64,000 bases of DNA from the NCBI RefSeq assembly GCF_009914755.1, contig NC_060925.1; one strand, 5' to 3'. This document shows positions 1-16,681 of this stretch, one piece after another. The notes under the pieces were generated by a model that had not been told where the DNA came from, made no database searches, and saw only the letters and a program-made list of their open reading frames with translations. The stretch is from the human T2T-CHM13v2.0 reference genome, Homo sapiens. Position 1 is the first letter of the stretch. Every line of letters starts with the position of its first letter. The position numbers and the translations under genes were made by a program.

Positions 1-235
1 CCACAGGAACTCGGAGATAGGGACACTATCTTCCGTGATGTTTGCATTTCAAAAAGATGACTCCCAGGCCCTGCAGGAAACATTCCTGAGTTGAGAAACT
101 TATTTAGCCAAAGAGAAGATTTATATACATTTGAAAAGGAAGGACAGAAAAGTTCTGAAAAAAGAGTTGAGGATTGCAGGGCAGGGTTGATGGGGGTGTG
201 TCTTTTCTCTTATTTTTGTTTTCAAGAAGGAGAAT
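1..235. mobile_element. ERV1-type LTR fragment (MER31/MER4-group-like)
   Basis: ttgcatttcaaaagatgactcccagg..gaaacattcctg motif typical of this LTR group; recognised from memory. Confidence 0.45.
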
Positions 236-282
236 TAGGTCTTCTATTATTTTCTAAATTTTTATTTTATTTTGTTTTGTTT

Positions 283-400
283 ATAAAGACAGGGTCTTGC
301 TATGTGCCCAGGCTAGCGACAAACTTCTGGGTTCAAACACTCCTCTTCTCTCAGCTCCCCAAGTAGGTGGGACTACAGGTGAATGACATCACAGCCAGCC
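283..400 (-). mobile_element. Alu monomer (FLAM/AluJ-like)
   Basis: agacagggtcttgctatgtgcccaggct..gactacaggtg after a T-rich tail. Confidence 0.75.
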
Positions 401-479
401 TTAGGCCCTTTATTTTTCATTTTTACTTGCTATCACATTAGGGAGAGAAATATTTTACCTGTTTTCCTCTACCTCTGAA

Positions 480-720
480 TTAGGATCAGATTCTCAGATC
501 TGAAAGGTACCAGAAAGAAAAATTCCATCCAGGCCCCTGCCTTCGGGCAGCTGAATGTTGAAATCATTAGAACCTGTAGTTGTCTGGTCACCTCTGATGA
601 TCTCCAAGGATGGAGATGTCACCCATTTCCATTGGTAGTAACTTCCAGTTTTTTAGCAACCAGCTAGGTTCATAGTTCTTTCTTTTGCCTAGCTGAAGTC
701 CTTCCTGCTATAAATTAATC
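480..720. mobile_element. CR1/L3 LINE 3' remnant
   Basis: ctccaaggatggagatgtcaccc..ttccagt..ttctttc..gctgaagtcc resembles the L3 3' end. Confidence 0.45.
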
Positions 721-901
721 ATCAGATAAATAATACCATAAACTAATTAATTTATCATCAGATCTAGACAACACCTGAGTGTCTTAACAGACAGTGTCAC
801 CATGTGCACACATTGTCCTCCTTGAAGATAGCTCTCAGCTGTGCCCCTTGACATCTACTTGATCAGGGGAAGTAAACTACCCATATGACTCAAATTTTTA
901 G

Positions 902-1344
<443 letters not shown>

Positions 1345-2382
1345 TAATACTTACTTCATAGGATTATTATATTATGTATAAATTATTTTCCATGCGGTAT
1401 ATCTTACCTGCCTAAAGCTCCATGAAGGGATCATGCCCTTCACTATTTGATATCTTCCATAATGCCTGGCAGAATGACTAATACAGAGAAAAACTAGGCC
1501 TAGTGGGGAAGGGAAAGATATATTCCATGGTGACAGATTTCAGCTCAGTCTAGGAAAAAGCTGTCTAATAATTAGAACCATTCTGCCATGAGTGTCTCAG
1601 GAATTACTGGGATCTCAATGGCTATCAATAGTTAAGTAGAGACTTTAAGACTGCCCATCATGGTGAAATATGAAGCATGTCTGCAATGAGTAGGATATTT
1701 AATTCATTGGTTGCCCTGAAGAGAGTTTGAAACAGGTTTTTTTACTCTGAAAGGAAAAAAAGAAAGTGATTACTTACTGCAATGTACTGAGAGCTGGATT
1801 TCTGTTCAAGTTCTTGACGCTTCTTTCCCATCTCTCAGCCCCAGAGGAGAGGTGAAACTAATGTCAAGGTTCCTGGCGGATGTTTAGACGATGGAGAAAA
1901 AGCATGCACAGTTAAATAAACACTCGAAGTCACTATACTGTCTACCATCACATACCAAGGGGAGGTGGGGAAAGGGAGGGAGAAAGAGGCATTCCACTTC
2001 TGTCATAAAGATTTGTTACAATGCAATTAGATAACTAGAAGGGAGTAGATGCTGGAAGATAAGAACACCTCCCAGAGATTAACACACTGGGAAGACCACT
2101 TTTGGCTTCCACTTGTGGCTCCATAGATATGATCAATATCGGGGTTTTTCTTGACAAACAACCTTATCTCTTGCCTGCAATCTCAATTCACTTTCCCTTC
2201 TTCAGTCTTGTTGCCTGCATATAAGAAGACTAGTAGAGGTGATGCTGGTTCAGCCCCTGCCACCTAAGTCCTACTCTCCGGTGAGAGAATGCACTGGACA
2301 TGTGGTAGGAAAGGGGATATTTCAGAAATCTTAATTTGAGCATTTTCCTAAACTAGCTTTTCATTGAACCTGCGATGATGGC

Positions 2383-2735
2383 TGATATGTTTTGGCTTTG
2401 TCTCCACCCAAATATCAACTTGAATTGTATTTCCCAGAATTCCCACATGTTGTGGGTGGGACCCAGGGGGAGGTAATTGAATTATGGGGGCCGGTCTTTT
2501 CCATCCTATTCTCATGGTAGTGAATAAGTCTCATGAGATCTGATGGGTTTATCAGCGGTTTCTGCTTTTGCTTTTCTCATTTTTCTCTTGCTGCCTCAAT
2601 GTAAGAAGTGCCTTTTGCCTCCCGCCGTGATTCTGAGGCCTCCCCAGCCATGTGGAACTGTAAGTCCAATTAAACCTCTTTTTCTTCCCAGTCTCAGGTG
2701 TGTCTTTATCGGCAGCATGAAAAGAGGCTAATACA
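2383..2735 (+). mobile_element. THE1 (MaLR) solo LTR
   Basis: TGATATG...GGCTAATACA termini; 5-bp TSD ATGGC at 2378-2382 and 2736-2740. Confidence 0.9.
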
Positions 2736-3188
2736 ATGGCCTATGGTGGGTCAGCTCACACAGAAATAGGCGGATGCTATGTTCAAACAGCATAAGGAAT
2801 AAAGCCATTTTATACTCCTGTTTGAAGGGAATAAAAATGTTTTGTCCCCAAACATACTTCTTTGACATATTTTGACATGGTTGTTCAGAGAACTTGCAAA
2901 GAGAAGTAGTCCTGCAAAGCTGTCTTGTGTAGGGGAGATTTGCATCTGTACAGAGTCTGCATTGATGCAGCAGGCTTTCTCTGAGGCCCTCCCTTGTCTG
3001 GATGTAGGAAAGGTTAACTGAGAGTCTGACACCTTTAAAGGTCTGGAAAAAACATTTACCATCTACTCTGTCTGAGGGCAGCTACCTATGAGGTTCATTC
3101 ATCTACAGAGCAAGACCACCTTTGCTAGTCAGGCCTCCTCTTCTTCCCCTCCTATACCCTGTCTTACCACCATAGTCAGATTTACCAT

Positions 3189-3916
<728 letters not shown>

Positions 3917-4798
3917 ACCACCATAACCTGTTTTGGGCCAGGCTGCAAGCCCCTATTCTTTCTGTAACCTCAGTATGGTATATAAGCTTCTGAACCCTAT
4001 TGGGAGGTTGGGGCAATCACTCTGTGGTTCTCTCCTCTGCTTGTTAATAGATTTGTATGCCATTTCTCCTATTCATCTGCCTTCTTGTCAGCTGATTTTA
4101 AGCGACCCTTCACAGGGCAAAGGGGAAGTTTTCCCTTGGCCCCTATAGTTTTGGCACTGTGAGCAGGATACCAAAACTCTGCTCTTCTGGAAGCCACAGA
4201 CAAGAAAACTCAGGATCAGACATGCCAGCAGAAGGGTAAGAAATTTCTACCAGCTAAGCTCCTTGCCTCTCTCTCTGTGTAGTCTGGTCAAATGGATGGT
4301 AAAAATCACTGTTTCTTTTGCCCCTTTAAAATCTTGACTAATAGGAGAAAAGGATTTGTGTGACTAGTCTTTGGTGTAGTGACTCTGGTGTACCTTTTGG
4401 TATAAATATTCATATTGTTGAATCTTTTTTCTCCCCAAAATGGTATTTTTCTTTGTCTTTTTGTGTTGCCTATCATAAAGTGGGGTACCATATGGTAGAA
4501 CACAAACCTAAAACCCTCATATGTCTGTTGTTCAGGCCAGCCCTGTGGATTGACCAGTTTCGCAGTTCTGACCAGACTGGCATTTATTTAGACAAACTGC
4601 TGTGAGTCTTTGATATAAAAACCAGATGAGGTTCCATTCTTATCTTGTTTTATGTCCTTGAGAGCTTGGCTTGTGAACAAGTGGGAGCATTGTTTCTTGG
4701 TCTCTGCCATCATGGCAGAGGGAGGGATACAGTTTTTGGTTCAAATTGGTGGCCAGCCTAAAAAAATTTGGAACCCTGAGACATATCAGCACACCCTA

Positions 4799-5115
4799 TT
4801 TTTTTTTTTTTTTTTTTTGAGATGGAGTCTCACTCTCTCACCCAGGCTGGAGTGCAGTGGCTTGATCTCAGCTCACTGCAACCTCCACCTCCTGGGTTCA
4901 AGCAATTCTCTGCCTCAAGCAATTCTCTGCCTCAGCCTCCCAAGTAGCTAGGATTAGAGGTGCCTGCCATCCACGCCCAGCTAATTTTTGTATTTTTAGT
5001 GGAGACAGGGTTTCACCATGTTGGCCAGGCTGGTCTTGAACTCCTGACCTCGTGATCCACCCACCTCGGCCTCCCAAAGTGCTGGGATTATAGGCGTGAG
5101 CCACCGCGCCCTGCC
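4799..5115 (-). mobile_element. AluS with internal tandem duplication of aagcaattctctgcctc
   Basis: Alu consensus; duplicated 17-mer at about 4900-4933. Confidence 0.95.
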
Positions 5116-7608
5116 AGCACACACTTTTTGTTCTGAACATGTCAAACTCTCAGGGGGATTTGTCTTAATAGAAGGTCCCATTCACAAGGAGCTTTTGTTG
5201 TCTCAACCCTTGCTGTCCCTGGGAAAGTCCAATCCTAGGAGGGCATAGCCAATGTCACAGATTAATGTGTCTGTGACTGGCAGCCTCCCACAAATATGTG
5301 GGATAGTGGAGGCACTGTACACACAAACACCATCCTTAACCACATGTGGTAACAAGAGTCTTTTAGTATTTTAGCCTATTCCTGGGAGTAGATTTTGGGG
5401 GATAATTGAAACCATCTCTTCTATGCCCTCTCCAGAAAACTAAAAACTTGTTCTAAACCTGGTAAATTACCCCCTGGGCTTTCGATAAAAAGACTTATTG
5501 AATTAAGTTGCTATTGAAATAAGTACACCATTGGAAATTCTCAACGTCAGTGGCCAAATGATGGATTTGTTAAATTGGAAAGACCCCTAAATTAAAAAAA
5601 GATTTTAGACTCTCATTCTAAGCAATTGTCTTGTTTGTATTTATGAGATCAAATTTTTTAATATCATATAAAATAGATTCAGATTTGTTTATTCACAAAA
5701 CAATAGACTCTACAACCACTGAAGACTTTGCATGAAAATATCTCATGTTAAGTCAACCTTTAGACACAAAATGTCAATAATTGAAAATATTCAATTATGT
5801 AAAAAGGTCCATAGACTATGGTTGGCGGAGAAATGGTCATATTTTTTAAAAGACACATAATAATGTCGTGGATAGCCTTAAAAATTCTCTTGACAAAATT
5901 GAAGAGCAAAAATCTGACTTAAAATAAAGTTAAAATCCCTTGTATTTTAATGACAGCCACTCCACCTTGTTGTCTAGTTAAAATTCCATGCTTCACCACT
6001 TTGGCCTGGGTTTGCTTCTCAGTCAGGAAACCAGTCCCTTTTGGTTGATATTTGTGTCACTTTTCACTTTTTAGGATTATTGATTCTTTTCCCCTTTTAA
6101 ACAGCTTTTGATTTTCTGTCTCCTTCTGTCTGTGGGGGCATACGAGTCTTTTTGGGTCTTTATGTGTTCACAGTCAGCTGAGAAGCTGAGATCCTAGAGA
6201 ATATGGCCAGACAGATGTGGGTTGTACTCCATTTGCAGCTAGTGAAAGTTTCCTTTCTTTAACTCTCTTTGGGGTGGTTCTAGATCTTGTGAGGACTGCT
6301 TTACATCTCTTTAGAGAGGCCTCATGCATCTTTGACTAAGTCATAACCTTGGTCAAGACTTTGATTTTGGTAAGTCACTTGGGAGATCACCTTTGGTAAA
6401 AAGTGCAAAAGCCAGGAATATCAGCTGTGTGTTGCTGCTAACATCTGAAAATCAGAGATTTTAGAAGATATCTCTACGGTCAGAAGTTTAATTAAAAGCT
6501 GATATTTAAGTGGCAAATATATTTTTTAGAAGTGTTTTTGCTTTTTCTCTTTTGGATTTTGTTTCTGAGAAGTTATTTTCAGTCAACTGAAACCCATTTT
6601 AAATTAGGTTTAGTTCTCATTTGCTTCCATTCATATTGGTATGATTTTTGTTAAAATGAACAAACAAACCCCAAAACCAAAAACATGTAAACTTCATTGG
6701 CCTTTTAAAAAGCTCAAAATCTCCCCCAAATTGGCTCATCTAAGACTTGTTCTTCCATTTATTTCCACTTGTATTACTTTTCCTTTTTTCTATCTTTGAC
6801 CACATTAAGAAAAATCTGAGAGACTTCTAGCAACCCTGAGACTCCTTGAGAAACACAGCAAAAACACCACACATCCTCTTTTGGGGGTCTTCTGTTTTCC
6901 TCCTGGAGTCCCTAAAGTCCTGGGCCAGTTTTTGTCAGGTCTAAAGCTCTACCCTCTTTTGTATTAAATTCCTTGATCTCTTTCATTTTGGTGGTGGTGG
7001 TGGTGGTGGTTGAGGGGGTGGTTACAAGGAATTACATTATACTGTAAAAGAAAACTTGACCTTTGTGTGTATGGTGACTGACTAGTCACTGGTGAGAACC
7101 ATAGTTTTGGAGGTGGCTGACAGCAGTTGCTGTAAATGGTTATTTCTACAGGGGGCTACTTATTTCTTTGTGAATTCAGATAAAAAGGGTACAGTTTAAA
7201 CACTTAGAGGCTGTGGAAACACTTGCTACTGAGGGATAAGATTCCCATGAGAGACAGGCTGATCACAGAGTGGGCTGATTAACATGAGGTCACCCAGCAG
7301 CCTTACAGAAATGTCCTTACAGTAAGGTATACTCTGAAAGCAATACACTCTCCAGTCCCATGACATTTCCTTCTATTTAGGGTGCCAAACGACAGTGTAA
7401 AAATCGGACCCTTGAAGTTTTGGGTGTCTGTCTTCCAGTTGCACCTGCTTTCCACATATTTAGGTATTAGGCTCTGTCTTAGCCATTTATGTTGCTGTAA
7501 AGGAATACCTGAGGCTGGGTAAATTTGTTAAGAAAATAGGTTTATTTGGCTTACCATTCTGGAGGCTGCACATGAAGCATGGATCTACTATCTGCTTCTG
7601 ATGATGGC

Positions 7609-8159
7609 TGTAGTAGTCAGGGTTCTCTAGAGGGACAGAACTTATAGGATAGATGTATATAGGAAGGAGAGTTTATTAAGGAGTATTGACTCACACAATC
7701 ACAAGGTGAAGTCCCACAATAGGCCATCTGCAAGTTGAGGAGCAAGGAAGCCAGTTCAAGTCCCAAAATCTGAAAAGCAGGGAAGCCAACAGTGCAGCCT
7801 TCAGTCTGTGGCCAAAGTCCAGAGAGCCCCTGGCAAACCACTGGCGTAAGTCCAAGAGTCCAAAAGCTGAAGAACTTGGAGTCCGATGTTCAAGGGCAGG
7901 AAGTATCCACCATGTGAGAGTGATGAAGGCTGGAAGACTCAGCAAGTCAAGTCCTTCCACGTTCTTCTGCCTGCTTTTATTCTAGCCACATTGGTAGCTG
8001 ATTACATGGTGCCCACTCAGATTGAGGGTGGGGTGGCCTCTCTCAGTTCACTGACTCAAATGTTAATCTCCTTTGGCAACACCCTCACAGACACACTCAG
8101 GAACAATACTTTGCATCCTTCAATTCCCGTCAAGTTGACACTCAATATTAACCATCACA
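7609..8159 (-). mobile_element. MLT2A (ERVL) solo LTR
   Basis: Reverse strand begins TGTGATGGTTAATATTGAGTGTCAACTTG; TSD ATGGC at 7604-7608 and 8160-8164. Confidence 0.9.
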
Positions 8160-8202
8160 ATGGCTTTAGGCTGATTCCACTCATAGTAAAAAAGGAAGGG
8201 TA

Positions 8203-8589
<387 letters not shown>

Positions 8590-10302
8590 TCAACAACCAG
8601 TTCTCACAGGAACAAAGGGTTAGAGAACTCATTTACTTCCATGAGAATGGTACCAAGCCATCCATGAGGGATTTACCTCCACAATCCACACACTTGCCAT
8701 CAGGCCCCACCTCCAATGTTAGAAATCAAATTTCAACATGAGACTTCGTGGGGATAAACAAACCACAGCAGTCCCTGAAAACTACATATGCTTTTTTCGC
8801 TCCGTTTGTTATTGGGTTCTGCCCTGAGCTCAGTGGCCTAGTTGGAAAATGAAGACTAAATTTAAAACTAACTGATAAATAAAATTGGTTTCCTTGTAAA
8901 ATCTTATGGTAAATTCTTATGATTTATTTTTATTCCTATGATTTTACCTTGATACCCATTTTTAATCTTCCTTTAATATACCCAAACTTCTTTAAAGAGC
9001 TTAAATTCTCTCTGTGTTTTAATATGTAAATTTGCTACCTTGTTTACTCCAAAATGTGATAAGGGCTTCTAGCCATGTGGAACAAACTTTAACGCATTCC
9101 ATTTACAGAGGCAAAATTTAACTATCCTTTTAAACTAGTGAGTTTTACCTGTTTCACGGCTAAAATTTTTAAACGAAAGCTACAAAATCTATATTTGTGT
9201 ATTTTTCTGTGCACATATGTACATGTCTGTGTTTGCATATTGTGTACATGGTACCAGATTGACATAAATTAATAAGTACTCATAACGTAAGTATGTCCAA
9301 ATACTTTCAAGTTAATGTGATTTTAGAAATCTTTAATAAATAAAGCTAGTTTAAAAATTATTAGTAAAATAAAATAAAAAACATCTTCAAAATTTAATTC
9401 AGACATGTTTGCCTGGGTCTGTTGGTCAGACTGGTTTATATTGTCTCTAGTTGATGTTTTAGGGTCATAAAACTCTTATTTCTGTAATATTAATACTAGC
9501 TTAATTTGTCTCTGAACTTATGTCTTGGTTTTGAGTGTTTAGATTCTGGAGTCTAGACAAGTGGCCATGATGAGGACTGGGGACACATGTGTGTTCACAG
9601 TGCCTGGGCCCTATTCTCCCTGGTCCAGCTGTTTCCAGGCTATGCTAATAGGGGTCAGATCCTCCAGATACTGTCTTCACAGTCCTGTTCTCTGTACTTG
9701 GCTCTGCACCTGACACATAACAATCACAGTTACTTACTTCCCAGGTTTTCCATTAAAAATCAGGGTTATTAAGAGCTAAAATTGTAATTAATATATTATT
9801 GAAACTACTAAATATTTTAAAATTCTATACACAAAGTATAGATATAAGAAAAGTAATGTCTTTTTAATAAAACATTACAAAAAGACATCAACATATGGAT
9901 TTTGTTAAAAAGAAAGTAATTTTTTCTAGTGTAAAGGTTTTCAAAAAGTTGTTTTAAATTTAAAATACAGTTGAAATGAAATAAAATATTTTATAAAATC
10001 TTATTTACAGAATCTTATTTTGTGTTGCCAAAACTAAAATTAGATGTTTATAAAGTTTTCTTAAAATTAACTTTAATATTAAGGATACATAAAAAGGATA
10101 AAATTTGTTCTTTTCAACAAAATTTTTATGTCATATTAATAATAGATAATAAAATATTTTTGTTCACCTTTTAAATAAACTACAACCCCTCCCCCACCCC
10201 AAAACTAGGAGCACATTTTCTTATTCTGTCTTTATGAAATCTTTTAATTATTTGGAAAACTGCCCCATCAAAGGAGTAAAGGTTTTGCTTTGCAAATCTT
10301 TA

Positions 10303-10570
10303 AGGTTGGTATGGTGGATCCCACCTAATGCCAGCACTTTGGGAGGCCGAGGCAGGTGGATTGCTTGAGGCCAGGAGTTTGAGACCAGCCTGGGCAACAT
10401 GGAGAGGCCCTGTCTCTATAAAAAATACAAAAATTAGCCAGGTGTGGTGGCATGTACCTGTAGTCCCAGCTGTTTGGGAGGCTGAGGTGCAGTGAGCCAT
10501 GATCATGCCACTGCACTCAGCTGGGCAATAGAGTGAGACTCTGTCTCATAAAAACAACAACAAAAAAAAG
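10303..10570 (+). mobile_element. AluJ-like with internal deletion
   Basis: ggattgcttgaggccaggagtt; right arm shortened. Confidence 0.9.
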
Positions 10571-10654
10571 TTTAAAAGAATTGATCAAGATAGGATCAAC
10601 ATAACTGTAAAATAGTAGTCATTTAGCCAAAGCAATAATTTAAAAATTTATTTT

Positions 10655-10943
10655 CTTTCTTTTTTCTTTGAGTCAGAGTCTTGCTCTGTCACCCAGGCTG
10701 GAGTGCACCCAGGCATGATCACAGCTCACTGCAGCCTGGATCTCCTTGGGCTCAAGTGATTCTCCAGCCTCAGCCTCCTGAGTAGCTGGGTCTACAAGTG
10801 TGGACCACGATACCTGGCTAATTTTTGTATTTTTTGTAGAGACAGAGTTTTGCCACATTGCACAGGCTGGTTTCAAACACCAAATCTGCCTGGTTGGTCT
10901 CCCAAAGTGGTGGGATTACAGACATGAGCCACCGTGCCTGGCC
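10655..10943 (-). mobile_element. AluJ-like
   Basis: Alu consensus on the reverse strand. Confidence 0.9.
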
Positions 10944-11661
10944 AAACCTTTCTTTTTTAATATCAAGTGTTTCAAACCATTGATATTTGACAAACTTCCC
11001 AAAATTAATTCTAACATGTCCTTTTGAACTCAAGTTAACTTTTAGACATTCCAAAAAAAAAAAAAAAAAAAGCCCCTGGAAGTCCAACAGAGACATGTTA
11101 GTCTTATTTGGTATGTAAAAGTCATACAGGAAGTATTGTTAATAAGAAATAGTGTTTAACAATCTCTGAGTTATAGTTGTATAAATGTGTTAATATGTGT
11201 TCCAAAATTGTGTTAGATTCCAAAAATTTTGATATGTCTTGTTATATGTTATCAGTCATAGTTATGATTATCCTGTTAAATTGTTGTTTGCTACAGAAAT
11301 AACAAATTTCCTTGTCAATTGTATCTTTAATGATGGCTATTCTAAATTTTGGTTATTCACAACTATTGTTTCACTCTGTTTCTTCACAAAAATGCAGTTT
11401 ATAATCAGCTACTATTCAAACATTGTGCTTCTTCAAGTAAATTCATGGATAGGAAAGTGACAGATACTCTGAAATAATGACCTCTGCTTATGACTGTGAG
11501 ATCATATAATTGGATCGGGTAAAAATTCTAAAACCTTCAAAGAGAAAAACTGGACTCATAAAATGCTAACCTAACATCAAGCAGAAGAATTAATTACATG
11601 AAACTCAACTAATGCAAGGCAAATGATTTTAAAGTTTTCACTTTAAAACATTACTGGTTCT

Positions 11662-11964
11662 TGCCAGGTACAGTGGCTCACGCCTATAATCCCAGCACTT
11701 TGGGAGGCCAAGGCAGGCAGATCACCTGAGGTCAGGAGTTTGAGACCAGCCTGACCAACATGGAGAAACCCTGTCTCTGCTAAAAATACAAACTTAGCCA
11801 AGTGTGGTGGTGCATGCCTGTTATCCCAGCTACTCGGGAGGCTGAGGCAGGAGAATCACTTTAACCCGGGAGGCGGAGGTTGTGGTGAGCCAAGGTCGCT
11901 CCATTGCACTCTAGCCTGGACAACAAGAGTGAAATTCCGTCTAAAAAAAAAAAAAAAAAAAAAA
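11662..11964 (+). mobile_element. AluSp/Sq-like
   Basis: Dimeric Alu; cctgaccaacatggagaaac. Confidence 0.95.
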
Positions 11965-12262
11965 CTTGTTCTTTTTATGTTATTTTCTAGTCAAGAAATT
12001 TTTTTCCTCTTATATTGCTTACAGCAATTGAGTAAAGTTAACTTTTGTGAACAAAATTGAAACATTTACCTTTCTCTCTACCCGATTCCTCCAGAATGCA
12101 GAAACTATTTGTGAGTATTTTTATTTTATGGCAATAGATGTATTTGTGTAAGTTTAATAAGAATCTATTTTCTTCAGTGACAGGACACAATTACAGACAC
12201 TGGTTATTTTACCAAGGCTTTGACTGGAATGTCACATTTTAAATGTGACCAGACTGCTTTGA

Positions 12263-12610
<348 letters not shown>

Positions 12611-12614
12611 ATCT

Positions 12615-12980
12615 GTTTTTGTTTTTGTTTTTTTTAAGTTCTGGGGTACATGTGCAGGATGTGCAGGTTTGTTACATAGGTAAACGTGCCATGCTGATTT
12701 GCTGCACCTATCAACCCATCACCAAGTTATTAAGCCCAGCATGCAGCAGCTCCTTTCACTAATGCCCTCCCACTCCTGCCCTCCCCCAACAGGCCCCTCC
12801 CTGTGTCCATGTGTTCTCATTGTTTAGCTCTCATTTATAAGTGAGAACATGTTTCTGCATTAGTTTGCTGAGGATAATGGCTTCCAGCTTCATCCATGTT
12901 CCTGCAAAGGACATGATCTAGTTCTTTTTTATAACTGCATAGTATGCCATGATGTATAGGTACCACATTTTCTTTATCTA
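12615..12980 (-). mobile_element. L1PA 3' end fragment
   Basis: gtacatgtgcaggatgtgcaggtttgttacatagg..gtgagaacatg..cttccagcttcatccatg is the L1PA 3' UTR. Confidence 0.9.
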
Positions 12981-14341
12981 AAGACTAACCTACTATCTTG
13001 CCTCAACTGTTCCCTTTCAAGGTTCCTAACCTTGTGATAAGAAAAAAATGTCACTTTTTGACAGGTACAGGAACTTCAAGATATTTTAGGAACAAAAAAA
13101 AAAGAAAAAAGAAAGAAAGAAAGAAATTAATTCACCAAATCTGTACAAGTATTACAAACTTTGGCTTGGCTCCTAAACATTAAGAGCATTTTTAAAGTCT
13201 AATCTGAGATTCCTTATGAAAAAGTTCCAGCAAAACCAACTTGAAAAGACCCTATATGGCCAATCATTATTATTGCTGTACTTTATATAAATAATCAGGC
13301 TAAGTACAATATGACTAAAACTTATTTTGCAAATGTATTGGTTTCACTATGATTTATCTTTGGTACAAATGGGAGATTATAGAGAAAAAATATGTTTTAG
13401 AAGAAAACTATAGTACATGTGACATTAGATTCTAGCCCTGACCATTGTTTTTTAGTTATTATTTGTCTACAATTTGATCTAAATGCTAAATTCTTTCCTG
13501 GCTATAAGTCTCCAAACCGACATTTTCTAATTTTTCTCCTATTTTTCTGACTTGAAATCACTAAAAAATAAAACTGCTTTTCTTAATGCCCTACAAACTG
13601 AAGCTAGAAAACTTGATATAAACTTCCAGAGAAATCACCACAGCAACTTGCAATATAAACAGCCTTTGTGTCTGTTGATGCATGGACTACTTAAAAAGTT
13701 CACTAGAACACCTGATTCTATAGTATAGGAAAATGTACAATGCCAGAAAATCCAGAACTTGAAACTCTAGAACTAGTTTATAGACAACTCTATGAATTAA
13801 CTTTTTTCTTCTGTTTCCAATAAAATGTCTTTTATTAAAGATCTGTTTGCCTGCATCATATATAGAACCCTAGCTCATCTACGATACCACCTCTTGGAAT
13901 GAGACACAGCAATTTAACTGAACTGACCTATTCTCAGGACTAAGAAACTAATTCAAGAAGATATGAGATGATCTATTTAAATTTGCTCTCTTCTGCTTAT
14001 CCCAATTTGTTCCTCACCTCCTTTCCAATCTCTTATCTACCAGCCTCTAAAACAAATCTCTCTAAAGCTATCAAGTTGGTTCTTAACATGAGAAACTTTC
14101 TGAAAGAAAAATTTCAAAAGGTAGGGCAGGGTTGGGGGTGGTACTAAAGGAAATAAAAATCTTTTTTCCAAAATATATTTCTTTGAGCTATTTTGAGATG
14201 GTTTTTCAGAGGACTTGAAACAGAAGTAGTCCTGCAAAACTGTCTTGTGTGGGGGAGATTCGCATCTGTATAGAATCTGCACTGATGCAGCAGGCTTTCT
14301 CTGAGGCCCTCCCTTGTCTGGATCTAGAAAGGATGAACTGA

Positions 14342-14650
<309 letters not shown>

Positions 14651-14846
14651 TGAGTGTCTGACACATTTAAAGGTCTGAAAGAAACATTTGTCATCTATTG
14701 TCTCTGAGGGCTGCTACCTGTGATGTTTCATCTACAGAGAAAGACCACCTTTGTTAGCCAGGCCTCCTCTTCTCCCAGTCTCAAACCCTGTCTTGCCACC
14801 ATAACCCCCATACCTGTTGGCCCCTACATCTGTTGAAAATTCCAGA

Positions 14847-14990
14847 GAAATACCTAATGTAGATGATGGGTTGATGGGTGTAGCAAACAACCATGGCCTG
14901 TGTATACCTATGTAACAAAACCTGCACATCCTGCACATGTATTCCAGAATTTAGAGTATAATTAAACAAAAATTAAAAAAAGAAAAAAAA
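14847..14990 (+). mobile_element. 5'-truncated L1PA tail
   Basis: tacctaatgtagatgatgggttgatggg..aacctgcacatcctgcacatgta plus A-tail; TSD GAAAATTCCAGA at 14835-14846 and 14991-15002. Confidence 0.9.
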
Positions 14991-15384
14991 GAAAATTCCA
15001 GAATAGCCATTTGACCTTCCTTTTTTTTTTTTTTTTTTTTTTTTGGTAATTTTTATACTTTATACTTCTTTGTTCCCTATAATAAAAAATAAAAAAACTG
15101 AGGAGTGACTAGATTTTAATATGCATATGCTAATGCTGCCCTATATTCATGGAGTGCTTTTTAATTTCTAAGTGCCAGAAGCCTTTCCAGATATATTACT
15201 AAAACTGTTCCACAAAGCTTTGCAATTCAACAGCACAGAGCACCACATTCCATTTCTAGGAATAGAAGGCTGCCTTTCCCATGGGAACCATGGAGTGGAG
15301 CTCATGGGAGTCTCTCCTGGGACTCACCAAATGGAATTTGGGAAGGGGAAGTGAGGACTTCTAAAGTGTAAACACTGACTAGAG

Positions 15385-15603
15385 CAAGCTTGTCCAACCC
15401 ATAACGTGCAAGCCACATGCAGCCCAGGACGGCTTTGAATGTGGCCCAACACAAATTTGTAAACTTTCTTAAAGCATTAAGATTTTTCTGCAATTTTTTT
15501 TTAAGTTCATCAGCTATCGTTAGTGTTAGTGTATTTTATGTGTGGCCCAAGACAATTCTTCTTCCAGTGTGGCCCAGGTAAGCCAAAAGACTGGACACCC
15601 CTG
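15385..15603. mobile_element. MER30 hAT MITE
   Basis: ttgtccaacc..cccaggacggctttgaatgtggccc..tggacacccctg; 8-bp TSD GACTAGAG/GACTAAAG. Confidence 0.85.
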
Positions 15604-16065
15604 GACTAAAGTTTAGTCTCTAAATATTAAGAATATTTTAAAAAATGGCTACCTGTTAATAGTAGCTAATTTAGCAGAAAAGTAATTTATTAATTCTTTC
15701 AAAATTTAACCCCTCGAAATTAGCCAGTGCACAAACATTAGCTATAAGATATGAATACTTATAAGAGATTTGGTCATTCCAAAAAAGAATCAGGTTCCAA
15801 GTCTCCATACAAGTGCTACAAGCCTGAGAAACTGCCTTATATTCAGAAAAGAAATTTCAATAGCTCAGGGTGAAAGAACCAGAAAGGTGAGGGAGAAAAA
15901 GGGAAAGAAAAGGGGAAAAAATTAAAAGCCAGCCTTGTAAAATATCCTGTTTCCCCACATTCAACAGGCTATATCTTAAGCACAAATCTTTCAGAGTATT
16001 CAATGAAAATAATCTCAACCTCAGACCTCTAAATTATCTTTGTTATAGATACATTAATAGAACTG

Positions 16066-16650
16066 GGCTGGGCACAGTGGCTCATGCCTATAATCCCAGC
16101 ACTTTGGGAGACCAAGGCAGGCAGATTGCATGAGACCAGGAGTTTGAGACCTGTCTGGCTACCATGGCAAAACACCATCTCTACTAAAAATATAAAAATT
16201 AGCTGGGCATGGTGGTGCACGCCTGTAATCCCAGCCACTTGGGAGGCTGGGGCATGAGAATTGCTTGAAGTTCTGCAAGAGGTGGAAGTTGCAGTGAGCT
16301 GAGATCATGCCAATACACTCCAGCCTGTGTGACAGAGGGAGACTCTGTCTCAAAAAAAAAAAAAAAAAAAGAAAAAGAAAAAGAAAAGAGAAGCCAACAC
16401 TGACAGATCACCCTCATGAGGTCAGGAGTTAGAGACCAGCCTGACCAACAGGGTGAAATCCCATCTCTTCTAAAAATACAAAAGTTAAGTAGGCGTGGTG
16501 GGTCATGCCTGTAATCTCAGCTACTTGGGAGGCATGAGAATCACTGAACCTGGGAGGCAGAAGTTGCATTGAGCTGATACTGTGCAACTGCACTCCAGCA
16601 GGGGCGATGGAATGAGACTCTGTCTAAAAAACAAAAACAAAAACAAAGAA
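16066..16650 (+). mobile_element. Two tandem Alus (second 5'-truncated, from ~16403)
   Basis: Alu consensus twice, each with an A-rich tail. Confidence 0.9.
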
Positions 16651-16681
16651 ACTCTGAAAGTTCTGTCTCCAGAGCTTCATT

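Noticed and set aside
15021-15044. Isolated poly-T run as an orphan retro-tail
   Set aside because: No TSD or attached element was recognised.
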